From a virus (lineage: Duplodnaviria; Caudoviricetes): 40,508 nucleotides of DNA. Both the position numbers and the translations under genes were made by a program. The DNA lies in IMG/VR virus record IMGVR_UViG_3300048894_000019, positions 1 to 40,508 of that record. One strand, written 5' to 3'. Shown one piece after another: positions 24,864 to 34,281 of the stretch. Position 1 is the stretch's first letter, and every line of letters starts with the position of its first letter. Below the pieces are notes generated by a model. That model made no database searches and was not told the DNA's origin. It saw nothing but the letters and a program-made list of their open reading frames with translations.

Positions 24864-25465
24864 TCGCCGAAGACTTCCTGAATCTCGACGGTGCCGTTGA
24901 TGACGTAGCCGTCGGCGCTCGCGTTGTCGATCGAGAATGGTAGCCAGTCGGTGTTGAAGCGCACCGGGACGCGGAACTCGCCGGACCAGGTCAGCGGCTT
25001 GCCTGCGGTCCATGCCGTTGTCGGCGTGAATAGGCCCGTCGCCACGTCGAGCGTGCCGGACTTCGCGATGCCGTCCTGATACAGCACGAAGCCGGCGGCC
25101 ACCGGGCGCGTGATCGGCCGGACGTAGGACTGAGAGCCTGCGGTCGAGGTCTTGACCAGCTGCACCGCGGTCGACCCTGCTGGCGTATTGCCCAGCGGTT
25201 CCTTGTTCGCCTGGAAGTCCAGGAAGTCCTTGAACAGGAATCCGAAGGTCTGCGCCTGGCACGCCTGGAAGACGCGCTTGATCTCGGTGTAATCGCTCGG
25301 GGAGATATTGACGAAGGGCGCCGTCCAGCGGTGCCGTGCCTGCGCCCAGTTCGCATTCCTGCGCTCGTGCGCATTGCGCAGCACGGAAATGCGCGTGGAG
25401 AATTCGGGGCCGCCGACGAAGGCATAGGCGACGCAGGGATCGAGCTCGATCGCGAGGATGGTCAT
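24860..25465 (-). CDS. distal tail protein (DUF2460)
   Basis: GGPEFSTRI......ERRNANW, F.FKDF.D, GEF.VPVRF..D. Confidence 0.87.
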   Translation of the reverse strand: MTILAIELDPCVAYAFVGGPEFSTRISVLRNAHERRNANWAQARHRWTAPFVNISPSDYTEIKRVFQACQAQTFGFLFKDFLDFQANKEPLGNTPAGSTAVQLVKTSTAGSQSYVRPITRPVAAGFVLYQDGIAKSGTLDVATGLFTPTTAWTAGKPLTWSGEFRVPVRFNTDWLPFSIDNASADGYVINGTVEIQEVFGE

Positions 25466-27957
25466 GCTGCATTGCGCCCCACCGCGCGGCGTTGCTGAAT
25501 CGCTTCTTCCTGGCGCATCTGCGCGGCGGTCTTCTGCGTCACGGAGCCATTGACATAGAAATTCTGGACGACCGATCCACCGCCGCCCGACATGACCACG
25601 CCGAGCTTCCCGTTCACGCGCTTGAGCGGCATCACGGCTTCAGGTCCGGCCTCGCCCATCAGACCCATGCCGGATGCCATCGGGAACAGCGTCGGCGAGT
25701 TGACGATGCCGCCGCGCGCGAACGGGATCGGCTCGCCATCCATGAAGGCGCCACCCATTGCCCAGCCGCCTACCGCAGCGACAGCGGCTTCCTCGTCGGC
25801 GCCGTATCCGCCGCCTCCGCCACTACCGAGCAGAGAATTGAACAAGCTGCTGAAAATGCCTCCGAACGATCCGCCGCCGTTCTGTCCCTGCTGCCCGAAT
25901 AGCTTCTCGGCGAAGTTCTGCGCGATCAGGCGTGAAATATCCGCCGCGATGGAATTCGCGAAGTCCTTGAACGCCTGCGCTGCCGACTTGCTGCCGGTCA
26001 TCAGGTCGTCGAAGAAGTTCGCCATATCGCCGCGGAGCGAGTCCTGCAACGAGATCAGCTTGTTCTGACGCTCGAGCGCATCGTTCGCTGCGAGCACGGC
26101 ATCGTGGTACTTCTTCTGATCCTCGACGGACAGGTTCTTCAGCTGGTTGAACGTCGCCTGCGCCGCGCTGTTCATCTGCGTCAGGTTGAGCTGGTCGGTC
26201 AGATCGCGAAGGATTGCGGCACCGGGATCAAGCTCGTCCTGCGCGGCTTTGGCGGCCAGCTCGTGGCCTTTTGCCAGCAATGCTTCCGCCTGCGTAAGCT
26301 CGGCGTCTGAATATTTCAGAGCGACGGCGTTCTTTTTCAGCGCATCGAGTGCGACTGCGTATCGGTTTGCTTCTTCGGTCACCGGCCCGAAATCGTGCGC
26401 CCTGATCGCATCGTCAGCGATCTTCAGTTGTTGTATCAGGAGCCCTTCCGCTTTATTCAGTTCCTCGACGCTGAGCTTGCCCTTATTCGCAAGCTGGATG
26501 AAGTTCTCGAACTCCTTGTCATATTTGCGCTGCGCCTGCCCTGCAGGTCCATCGAGGCTGTCCTCCAGCTCCTTCTCTTTTTCATAGAACGATTCGATCG
26601 CCTTGTTTACCTCGTCGGAATCGTCCTTGGCAGCCCGCGCATGCTTGACGTGCGCATTGGCCGATGCTTCGAGGAACTCCTTCAGCCGTTTAGCCGCCTC
26701 GCCTTCGCGATTCTTCGCGTCCGCGGCGGCATCTGTTGCGGCCGTGTCGGTCTTCGTGGCGGCGGTTCCGCCGGCGACGCCGTATTTACTTGGGTCGATG
26801 CCCGCAGCAATGGCGGCGGCCCGGGCCAGATCGGCGTTGTCCTTCGCGAGCTGCGCCTGCACTTCAGCAAGGCGCTTGCGCTCGAAATCGAGCTGCGCCT
26901 GCGGCGCGATGGGATGGATGAATGCATTGCCGCCCAGAGCTTGCTGCGTCTCGGCGTCCTGCGTGAAGGTCAGCGCAATGTTACCGAAGCCTGACTTCGA
27001 CCAGCTCTGAATCTGCTTGATGCGTGCCTGGATGCGATCGACTTCGTCGTTCTCGCGCTGGATATCGCCCTGTGCTGCGCCGTAGGAAGCGGCGGCTGAA
27101 TTCTTCGCCAGTTCGGCAACCGCTTGCCCAGCCTGCGCCGCCCATGAAATGACAGTCGAGAATGCTGTGATTGCGCCTTCAGCTATCGACTTGAAGCCGC
27201 TCGTGATATCCGGATCGCTAAGCTTGTTGACGAATTCCTTCAGGTCGGGAAGGACATCGCGCTCGATGCTCAGCGCTACGCCCTCCATCACAAGGCCCAA
27301 TGCCTTGATCGATTCCTCGAACTCCCGCGCGTCGTCCAGGTCCTTTTGCGTGAGATTCAGGCCGAACTTCTTCGAGAGCGCTTCGAAGCCGGCGAGACCA
27401 TCGGTCGCCTTGTCGAACAGCGGGATCAGTTCAGTGCCGAACCGCTGGCCGAATAGCTTGACCGCGAGGCCGGTCTTGTCGACGCCATCTGGCAAGTCGT
27501 GGAACAGCTTCACGACCTTGTCGAGCGCCTGGTCGGCCGTATCCTTCGCGGTGATCCCGAATAACGCCAGTGCGTTCTTCGCCTCCTTGGAGCCGGCCGC
27601 AGCCTCAAGCATCGTCTCGGAGACTTTCTGGCTGACCTTGCGGACGGCTTCGAAGTCGACGCCCGCGAGCTTTGCAGCCGTGCTCAGGCCCGATAGCGCC
27701 TCGGCACTCAGGCCCGTCTTCTCATGCAGCTTGTCGAGCTCGACCTGGCTTTCCACCAGCGCTTCGACGGCATGAGCGATGTGCTCCACCGCATCTTTAA
27801 GGAATTCGCCCATCGCCGTGCCGATGGCGATCGTCGATGCGCTGATCTCCTTCGACTTCTGCTCCGCGATACGCGCGGCCCGGCCCATATCGGACTCGAA
27901 ACCAGCCGTCCGCATCAGCAGGTCGACGAACAATGTCCCAAGCGATCCGAATGCCAT
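25462..27957 (-). CDS. tape measure protein
   Basis: 831 aa helical, Ala-rich; LGTLFVDL...TAGFESD N-terminus; FARGG...MGEAGPEAVMPL C-terminus. Confidence 0.93.
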   Translation of the reverse strand: MAFGSLGTLFVDLLMRTAGFESDMGRAARIAEQKSKEISASTIAIGTAMGEFLKDAVEHIAHAVEALVESQVELDKLHEKTGLSAEALSGLSTAAKLAGVDFEAVRKVSQKVSETMLEAAAGSKEAKNALALFGITAKDTADQALDKVVKLFHDLPDGVDKTGLAVKLFGQRFGTELIPLFDKATDGLAGFEALSKKFGLNLTQKDLDDAREFEESIKALGLVMEGVALSIERDVLPDLKEFVNKLSDPDITSGFKSIAEGAITAFSTVISWAAQAGQAVAELAKNSAAASYGAAQGDIQRENDEVDRIQARIKQIQSWSKSGFGNIALTFTQDAETQQALGGNAFIHPIAPQAQLDFERKRLAEVQAQLAKDNADLARAAAIAAGIDPSKYGVAGGTAATKTDTAATDAAADAKNREGEAAKRLKEFLEASANAHVKHARAAKDDSDEVNKAIESFYEKEKELEDSLDGPAGQAQRKYDKEFENFIQLANKGKLSVEELNKAEGLLIQQLKIADDAIRAHDFGPVTEEANRYAVALDALKKNAVALKYSDAELTQAEALLAKGHELAAKAAQDELDPGAAILRDLTDQLNLTQMNSAAQATFNQLKNLSVEDQKKYHDAVLAANDALERQNKLISLQDSLRGDMANFFDDLMTGSKSAAQAFKDFANSIAADISRLIAQNFAEKLFGQQGQNGGGSFGGIFSSLFNSLLGSGGGGGYGADEEAAVAAVGGWAMGGAFMDGEPIPFARGGIVNSPTLFPMASGMGLMGEAGPEAVMPLKRVNGKLGVVMSGGGGSVVQNFYVNGSVTQKTAAQMRQEEAIQQRRAVGRNAA

Positions 27958-28221
27958 TTAATTACCCTTGAACAGGTCGTCGATCGATGTTTCGGGAGGT
28001 TTGTCGTAGGGCAGGAAGTCGTGCAAAGCGCCTCCCCGCACCGAGGCCGCGACCCGCGCTGCGGGCTGGTCGTGCTTGCGCGAAAGCGTCATCGGCCCAT
28101 GCGCATCGCGATAAGCGATCCAGCGCCGGAACTCGGCGAACGACATGCGCGCCTGCAGTTCCGCAACCGTCCCGCCGAGGTTCAGTGCGAGTTCGCACCA
28201 CAGATCCTCGACGGGTGTTAG
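27958..28221 (-). CDS. tail assembly chaperone, frameshift extension (gpT-like)
   Basis: -1 frame open from the slippery site: LTPVEDLWCELALNLGGTVAELQARMSFAEFRRW. Confidence 0.8.
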   Translation of the reverse strand, partial: LTPVEDLWCELALNLGGTVAELQARMSFAEFRRWIAYRDAHGPMTLSRKHDQPAARVAASVRGGALHDFLPYDKPPETSIDDLFKGN

Positions 28222-28553
28222 TTTTTTGCAGCTTCGGCGCCCAGGCGATTGACCTCTATCACCGCGTTGAATAGCGGCTTGGACACGTCCTCGCGCAGCT
28301 TCAGGACTTCGTCATAGGTGAAGCGGTTGCCGTCCTTGTCCTCGACCGTCGCTGCGAGTAGCGCGGCGAGGAAGAATGTCTCGCCCTGCGATGCATTGAC
28401 CTGCAGCGCGGCCTTTTCGAGGTATCCGATCTCCCGGACATACAGCGTCAGGTCCTCGCCGCCATGCTTGACGACGACCGGCGTGCGCTGGTCCGCGAAT
28501 GAACCGGCGAATTGTGAAGACAGGGATTTGTTGCCGATGATCTTGCTTGCCAT
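28218..28553 (-). CDS. tail assembly chaperone (gpG-like)
   Basis: Between the major tail and tape measure genes; ends GCA AAA AAC TAA. Confidence 0.85.
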   Translation of the reverse strand: MASKIIGNKSLSSQFAGSFADQRTPVVVKHGGEDLTLYVREIGYLEKAALQVNASQGETFFLAALLAATVEDKDGNRFTYDEVLKLREDVSKPLFNAVIEVNRLGAEAAKN

Positions 28554-28649
28554 GTGAACTTCCTGCAGATGGACGCGACGACATAAGGCACGGCTAACGC
28601 CCCAGAGGTCGCCGCATCCAAGCTGAAATGCAGCCGTTGAGAGAGCCGT

Positions 28650-29117
28650 TTATGCCTTCGGGACCAGCACGCGATGGCTGGTCATCTGGACGCCGATCTG
28701 CGAGGTGACGAGCTTGTTCAGGCCGAAGTCGAACGGCAGGTTGCTGATGTAGCCGTCGAAGGTGAGCCAACTGCGCGTGGTCGGCAGATCGAACTGCCCG
28801 TTCGTGTCGACGGTCGGCGGCGCCGAGCCATCGCTCCAGCCGATCGCCCAATGCGCCACCGCACCGGATGCCTCGATCTCGTTCAGATCGACATGGCTTT
28901 CGTCGGCTACGTCGAAGTTGATCGTGAATTGCGCATTGCCGGGCGATTCCAGGCCCGCCTTGTAGCTGCGGGAAATCAGGTCTTCGAGGCAGGTGTCCTC
29001 GAGCTGGTCGCGGCTGCCGGAAATACCGGTAACAGACGTGGCGCAGCCGACCTTGATCAGTTCCCGGTTCGAGGGGTCGATGAGGTAGAGACTTGTTCCT
29101 TGCGATTTCATGCTCAT
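28650..29117 (-). CDS. major tail tube protein
   Basis: KSQGTSLY, EDTCL....SY..GL..PG, FDGYI..LPFD; synteny. Confidence 0.85.
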   Translation of the reverse strand: MSMKSQGTSLYLIDPSNRELIKVGCATSVTGISGSRDQLEDTCLEDLISRSYKAGLESPGNAQFTINFDVADESHVDLNEIEASGAVAHWAIGWSDGSAPPTVDTNGQFDLPTTRSWLTFDGYISNLPFDFGLNKLVTSQIGVQMTSHRVLVPKA

Positions 29118-29148
29118 GGGAGGTTGTCCTTGCGGGTTTTTCGGCAAT

Positions 29149-29169
29149 AAAAAACCCGCTTTCGCGGGC
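29149..29169 (-). terminator. intrinsic terminator upstream of the tail tube gene
   Basis: CCCGC-GAAA-GCGGG followed by TTTTTT. Confidence 0.7.
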
Positions 29170-29214
29170 TGCTGTCTCGACGTGCCGGATTGCCGCCGGC
29201 GGTCGGGATTCGGG

Positions 29215-29580
29215 TTATCGGGCTTTGAAGAAGTCGAACGTCATGCGGTAGCGATACGCCTGCGTGTCGGGATCGCGCTCGGTGTTGCCGAAGTCGGTCA
29301 TGTATGCCGCCGGCTCCAGCGCATCGCGGACGGCCTTCGCCACCGCCAGGCACGAATCGCCATCGCTCGCCCAGACGTCGATCTGGGTGCCATAGTTGTC
29401 CATGTCAGGCAGCTGGCCGAGGAAGTTCTCCGGCGTGCCGGTGATGATCTGCCAGGTCACATACGGGTATTGCGGCGATTGCGGCGCCTCGTCGAACGGA
29501 TAGATGCGCGGCTTCGGATGGCCGAGCAGCTGCGTCACCGGGCCGGATGCTTTCAGGAGCAGCAGGACCGGTGGAATCAT
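29215..29580 (-). CDS. tail terminator (DUF3168)
   Basis: RIYPF.EAPQ...PYVTWQ, QIDVWA. Confidence 0.85.
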   Translation of the reverse strand: MIPPVLLLLKASGPVTQLLGHPKPRIYPFDEAPQSPQYPYVTWQIITGTPENFLGQLPDMDNYGTQIDVWASDGDSCLAVAKAVRDALEPAAYMTDFGNTERDPDTQAYRYRMTFDFFKAR

Positions 29581-30080
29581 GACCGCTTCACCTTCGCTGC
29601 TGCCTTCGCGATGCCGTCGGTCAGCTCCGAGACGATCACCGCCAGCGCTTCATCCCGTTTTGATTCGAATGCTGGACGCAAGAACGGCTTCGCATGCATC
29701 TTCGCGGTACCGAACTCCAGGAAGCGCCACCAGTAGGTCGTGCCGACCGTGGTGTATTTCTTGCCCGTCCTGCCCTTCTGCCGGTTGCGGCGCGTGTTCG
29801 CGTAGGACTTCGCGCCACCTCGCACGCCGACCCGATAGCGCTCGCCCTGCAGGCCGATGCGTTCCGGATGCGCGTCGCGCTGCGAGACGACGTTGTCGCG
29901 CACATGCGGTCCCGGCTTGCTGGCGTCGTAGGCAACACGCCGGCGCGCTTCGTCGCGGATCACGTTCGCGGCCTTGCGCATCGCGGTCTTCACCGGTCCG
30001 CCGCTCTTCGAGACGACCTCGGCCGGAAGCGCCTTCAGCGCATCGAGCAGGCCGGCAAGTCCTTGGACTTCACCCTCCAT
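29577..30080 (-). CDS. HK97 gp10-like neck protein
   Basis: GL..L...L..L, YWWRFLEFGT.KM.AKPFLRPAF. Confidence 0.88.
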   Translation of the reverse strand: MEGEVQGLAGLLDALKALPAEVVSKSGGPVKTAMRKAANVIRDEARRRVAYDASKPGPHVRDNVVSQRDAHPERIGLQGERYRVGVRGGAKSYANTRRNRQKGRTGKKYTTVGTTYWWRFLEFGTAKMHAKPFLRPAFESKRDEALAVIVSELTDGIAKAAAKVKRS

Positions 30081-30417
30081 CGGTCAGGCCCTCGGAAAGC
30101 ATCAGCGTCAGCCAGCGGCGGAACGTCGGATCCGGCTGGATGGCGACGATGTTGTAGTTCTTGCCCAGGTGAACCAGGCGCATCTTCTCGGTGACGCCGG
30201 ACTGGCAACGGATCGTCGCGCGGACCTTCGCCTCGTGCTGCTGCGCATTCGCCGCGATCAGCTCGCGACCGGACAGCGGGACCATTTCGACCGGTTCGTC
30301 GACGAGGAAGTCCGTCCAGATCACGGTCACCGAGCCGGAATCGGAATCCGACGACACTTCCTCGACCGGATATTGGATCGTGCAGCGATGGCGCAGCCGC
30401 GGCGCGAGGTTCTTCAT
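30070..30417 (-). CDS. head-tail adaptor / head closure protein
   Basis: LRHR.TIQ, PLSGRE, IR......MR....YNI. Confidence 0.88.
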   Translation of the reverse strand: MKNLAPRLRHRCTIQYPVEEVSSDSDSGSVTVIWTDFLVDEPVEMVPLSGRELIAANAQQHEAKVRATIRCQSGVTEKMRLVHLGKNYNIVAIQPDPTFRRWLTLMLSEGLTDGG

Positions 30418-30779
30418 CAGAAGCCCAGGCGATAGCGATAGGGCCAGAGCAGACCTTCCGCCGTCTTGCGGAGACCTTCACGCTCCGCGGTATCGGCCGC
30501 GTCGTACTTCGCCTGGACGAGGAAATAGACCGCCACGCGCACCGATGGCGCAACGTCGTCGCTGTCCGATGCCGCTTCCTGCGAATCCGAATCCGAGTCG
30601 AAGTCCGAATCCGACAGGAACTCCGGCGCCTCGGCATCCGTGCGCGGAAGATCCTCGCGATTCATGAACTGCGCGGCCTCGTTCTCGGCCGCATCGATCA
30701 GCGTCTGGATCAGCAGGTCGTCGCTGGTATGGGTCACGCGCAGATGACGCTTGACCTCGGCGAGCGTGATCACACTCAT
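30417..30779 (-). CDS. head-tail connector (gp6-like) with Ser-Asp insertion
   Basis: ITLAEVKRHLRV....DD.LIQ.LIDAA...LLWPYR. Confidence 0.88.
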   Translation of the reverse strand: MSVITLAEVKRHLRVTHTSDDLLIQTLIDAAENEAAQFMNREDLPRTDAEAPEFLSDSDFDSDSDSQEAASDSDDVAPSVRVAVYFLVQAKYDAADTAEREGLRKTAEGLLWPYRYRLGF

Positions 30780-31453
30780 GCGGCAGCCTCCAGCCAGATA
30801 TCGTCGTGCTCGCGCGGCGCCCATTCGGGCAACGCCGGGCAGCCCAGGGTGAAATGCGCGATTGCGAGGTTGTCCGGCTTCGGCTGCATGCCGACCAGCC
30901 AGTTGAAGCGGCCCGGGAGCTTCCCGATCTCGCTATCGGCCAGCCATCCGAACGCATGCAGGTCGCGCCCTGGCCATTGGTTCAGCGTGGTCAGGTTCAA
31001 GCGGCGATTCGCCGGGTGATCGCAATTCCAGAGCACCACGCTCGACCAGAGCTTGCGCGTATAGGACTGCTGCGGCTGGCCGTCCATCTTCGTGCCGGAG
31101 ACGAGCATCGACGCGTGCTGCACGACCAGGACGGCCTTGCTCGGATCGGCGAACTTCAGCAGTTCATGCGGATCCTGCAGGAACACCACGTCGGCATCGA
31201 CAAAGAGCGCCCAGCCGGAATGCTGCAGCAGCGGCACGAAGAACCGGCTGATCGCGAAGTCGGTCGACTGCGGCGCAGCGGAATTCAGGTCGTACAGCTG
31301 CCCGCGGCGATCGGTCGGACGGGTCAGCAGGCCAGCAGCGCGCAAGCGGTCCTCATACAGGCCGACCGGATCGCAGCCGAACTTCCGCGCGGTCTTGCAC
31401 GCGACGTCGAAGGCCGCCTGCTCGCGGTTGTCATAGCCGACCCATATCTTCAT
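30776..31453 (-). CDS. GT-A fold glycosyltransferase (DXD)
   Basis: IWVGYD.RE, STDF..SRF.VP, ALFVDADVVF, RKLWSSV, HFT.G.P. Confidence 0.8.
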   Translation of the reverse strand: MKIWVGYDNREQAAFDVACKTARKFGCDPVGLYEDRLRAAGLLTRPTDRRGQLYDLNSAAPQSTDFAISRFFVPLLQHSGWALFVDADVVFLQDPHELLKFADPSKAVLVVQHASMLVSGTKMDGQPQQSYTRKLWSSVVLWNCDHPANRRLNLTTLNQWPGRDLHAFGWLADSEIGKLPGRFNWLVGMQPKPDNLAIAHFTLGCPALPEWAPREHDDIWLEAAA

Positions 31454-31983
31454 TTCGTTGCCTCGAGGCGCATGTCGCGGTATGCGCGCTTCGCGTGGAA
31501 CTGCGGCTCGCGCACGCGGATCTTGTGGAAACCGGCACGCTTGAGCTCGCCGCGCAGCTCGTCGACCTGCCAGCCCCACTTGTGCAGCATCAGGACGTCC
31601 TTGTATCCGGGATCGCCGTAGATGCCCCAGATGCCGTGTCGCGGGTTGTCCGTGCGCAGGAAGTTCTGACAGCACTTGACCAGGTCCGGCAGCTCGAGCA
31701 CGAGCCGGCCGCCAGGCTTGAGCACGCGGCGCCATTCCTTCAGCGTATCCAGCGCCTCCCAGCGATAGACGTGCTCGAGGACGTGGATCGCCATGGCCTC
31801 GTCCGCGTAATCGTCCGGCAAGGGAATCGCACGGATGTCGCACTGCACGTCATGCGATGGATCGAGCCCTACCGATGTCCAGCCTTCGAACTTCTTGTCG
31901 CCGGCGCCGATGTTCAGGCGGACAGGCGCGTCTTTAGATACTTCCACGCGATCGCTGCCTCTGAAGGTCGGTATTGCCACCAT
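31450..31983 (-). CDS. SAM-dependent methyltransferase
   Basis: LNIGAG, HVLEH, EWRRVLKPGG.L....PD. Confidence 0.88.
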   Translation of the reverse strand: MVAIPTFRGSDRVEVSKDAPVRLNIGAGDKKFEGWTSVGLDPSHDVQCDIRAIPLPDDYADEAMAIHVLEHVYRWEALDTLKEWRRVLKPGGRLVLELPDLVKCCQNFLRTDNPRHGIWGIYGDPGYKDVLMLHKWGWQVDELRGELKRAGFHKIRVREPQFHAKRAYRDMRLEATK

Positions 31984-32726
31984 GCCGCGCTATGCAAAAA
32001 CCGCAGCCGTTCTTCCCTGCTCGGCCGCAGCGGGTCGGCGATGTTGCTGCCGTACAACGCCGCCGCAATGCCGTCCTCGCAGACGACCGGAATGCCCGCG
32101 ATGCAGGCATCGATCGCCGTGTTGCTATGCCGGCAGACCAGCAGCGAGGCACCGCGGATCACGTCCTCAATCGGTCCAGCCGCAGCCATCCGGCAACCCG
32201 GCACGAGCGCGTCCGTCGGCTTCTTCGGCCGATAGATGACCTCGCGCCCCGGATACGCCGCGCGGATTGCACGGAACGTGCGCAGCTCCCACGATTGCCC
32301 CGTCTCGCCGGCAACCTGGCGCGACTTCATGCCCATTCCCGTCAGCACGATCGGACCCTTGCGGTTCCAGTCGTTGCGCAGCTCGATCCTGGACGCTTCC
32401 CACCGGTGCGCCGGTTCCTCGCGGATCCATTGCTGCGGGTGATCAGCGTCGATCGTGACCCGCATCGCTGCATCGCCGTTCTTCTCGCGCTGCCAATAGC
32501 CCAGATCCCAGCCGACGACATGCCGGCCGGACTTCAGGTGCGCGAGCCAGTTCTGCCGACGCTCCGGATGCCCGATGCCGTAGGTCATCAGCACGTCGCG
32601 CGCGCCCTTGTAGAACTCGCGCGGCTGCGCCGAGACACCGCATGATGGCGCCGCCTTGACCATCGCTTCCAGAATGTCGCGGCCCCTGGAGGCCATGTCC
32701 CAATTCAGCAGGACTTCGAAGCGCAT
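31914..32726 (-). CDS. GT-B / KpsS-like glycosyltransferase
   Basis: DLGYW, VIYRPK, SNTAIDA.IAGIPV, W.QY...E. Confidence 0.6.
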   Translation of the reverse strand: MRFEVLLNWDMASRGRDILEAMVKAAPSCGVSAQPREFYKGARDVLMTYGIGHPERRQNWLAHLKSGRHVVGWDLGYWQREKNGDAAMRVTIDADHPQQWIREEPAHRWEASRIELRNDWNRKGPIVLTGMGMKSRQVAGETGQSWELRTFRAIRAAYPGREVIYRPKKPTDALVPGCRMAAAGPIEDVIRGASLLVCRHSNTAIDACIAGIPVVCEDGIAAALYGSNIADPLRPSREERLRFLHSAAWWQYRPSEAAIAWKYLKTRLSA

Positions 32727-33559
32727 TCGAGAAACGCCTTGTAATCCGATGCTGCTTCGGCCAATGGATAGGCCATCTTCCGCAGCCGTTTGTGAACCTC
32801 GATGCGGTTCGCCTGCGGTGTCAGCCAGTCCAGCGCCATCGCGAGCGATTTCGGCGAGTCGACGAAGTATTCAGCCCCGCACGCGACTTCCTGATAGCCC
32901 TTCTCCAGCTGGCCCACGAACGGGGTGCCGCTGCCGAAGCAGTTCTCCAGCTTCACCGCCGACTTCCAGTTTCGCGCGCAATAGCTCGCCCACTGCCCGT
33001 CCCGGAATGCGACCGCGATATCCAGCTGCGCCAGGCTTGCCGGGTTCACCACGAAGCGCCAGCCGCGCCGCTCGCATTCCTCGCTGAGCAGGCGATGCCA
33101 GCGGCCCAGGTACTGCGCCGCGCCTTCGTAACCGATCGTCCGCACGATCGGATTGACCGGGTTCGTCGCCAGTCCCGGCCGCGCGTGATGCCGCAGCGTC
33201 ATCGATGGCCCGTCAAAGCCCACGTCCGCGCCCATGCCACGGTTAGGCCATACGACCGCGCAGGGAGCGATCTGGGCGATCCGCTCGCGCATCCATGCAA
33301 TCGCCTGGGCCCGCGTCCATTCCTCGCACGCCGGCTGCGGGTAGCAGTCGACGACGTCGAAAACGACCGGGACGCCCGAGCGCTTGATCGCGTCGAGCGT
33401 TTCCGCGCGCGCCTTCTTCACCAGGACGATCAGATCGTGCGCCTTGCACTGCTCGACCGTTGCATGCGGCGCGATCGTCGCGCCCAATGCGTTGCCCAGC
33501 TGCTCGCCACGAACGATCCACGATCCAGCGGAGCCACCGCCGGCGAATAGCACCTTCAT
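32705..33559 (-). CDS. GT-B-like glycosyltransferase
   Basis: GSW.VRGEQL, VFDVVD, IGYEG, LDIAVAFR, KSAVKLEN..G.GTP. Confidence 0.6.
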   Translation of the reverse strand: MKVLFAGGGSAGSWIVRGEQLGNALGATIAPHATVEQCKAHDLIVLVKKARAETLDAIKRSGVPVVFDVVDCYPQPACEEWTRAQAIAWMRERIAQIAPCAVVWPNRGMGADVGFDGPSMTLRHHARPGLATNPVNPIVRTIGYEGAAQYLGRWHRLLSEECERRGWRFVVNPASLAQLDIAVAFRDGQWASYCARNWKSAVKLENCFGSGTPFVGQLEKGYQEVACGAEYFVDSPKSLAMALDWLTPQANRIEVHKRLRKMAYPLAEAASDYKAFLECASKSC

Positions 33560-34281
33560 GCAAGCAGCCTCGTGAATGCCTCGCCGGACTTGATCTCGCC
33601 AAGGCGCCATTGCGCCCATGCCAGCCGGCGAAACATCGCCAGCCGGCCTTCCTCGGTGTTGTCCTGCTCGCCGACCCAGCCTGGCATCCACGACCGCACC
33701 GGGATGCCCCAGAGCAGCGCCTTGATCGCCGCGCCACTGCCCCACGTCCAGACGCAGCGCGCACGCGCCAGATCGTCTTCCAGCGGCACGCAGCGGTTCA
33801 CGCCGGGATGCGGGCGAACACGGCCGCCTGATTCCTTGCGCGCCCAATCCGGCCAGCCCAGCGGCATCGCAACGCCCGGCGGACCGATACCGCGCTGCGG
33901 CAGGATGACGACCTCATCGCCACCGGCGCGGAACGCCGGGAGATCGACGCCAAGCGCATCCCATCGCGTGGAATCGCCGACCGGAAACCCGCCAGCGGTG
34001 TTGTGGTAATTGCGGGCGATCGAATACCACCGCTCGCCCTGAAACTCGTTCCCCCACGCCGCGTTTTCAGCGATCAGCACCGGCAGGCCGTGAAACTCGA
34101 AAGCATCGGCCGCGCGTGCGTTCTCGCGGTAGCGGTTCCAGATCACCAGCACATCGGTCTTATCCGGCCGCGTGGTGACCTCCGGAAAGACGCAATATCC
34201 GAGCCTTTCCAGTCCCTGCGTGAAGGCGTCGCTGCGGTAATGCACGCCGGGACGGATCCCGAGGAACGCCCTCACAAGCAT
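33556..34281 (-). CDS. GT-B / KpsS-like glycosyltransferase (paralog-like to 31914-32726)
   Basis: VRPHP, TWGSGAAIKALLWGIPV, LAWAQW...EI.SG; start ATG 34281 or GTG 34275. Confidence 0.6.
   Translation of the reverse strand: MLVRAFLGIRPGVHYRSDAFTQGLERLGYCVFPEVTTRPDKTDVLVIWNRYRENARAADAFEFHGLPVLIAENAAWGNEFQGERWYSIARNYHNTAGGFPVGDSTRWDALGVDLPAFRAGGDEVVILPQRGIGPPGVAMPLGWPDWARKESGGRVRPHPGVNRCVPLEDDLARARCVWTWGSGAAIKALLWGIPVRSWMPGWVGEQDNTEEGRLAMFRRLAWAQWRLGEIKSGEAFTRLLA

Noticed and set aside
23859-25472. Long N-terminal extensions in the ORF track (also 30776-31843, 32705-33847, 14889-15860, 4414-5178, 6513-7022)
   Set aside because: The extensions overlap upstream genes in another frame; internal starts with stop-start coupling fit better
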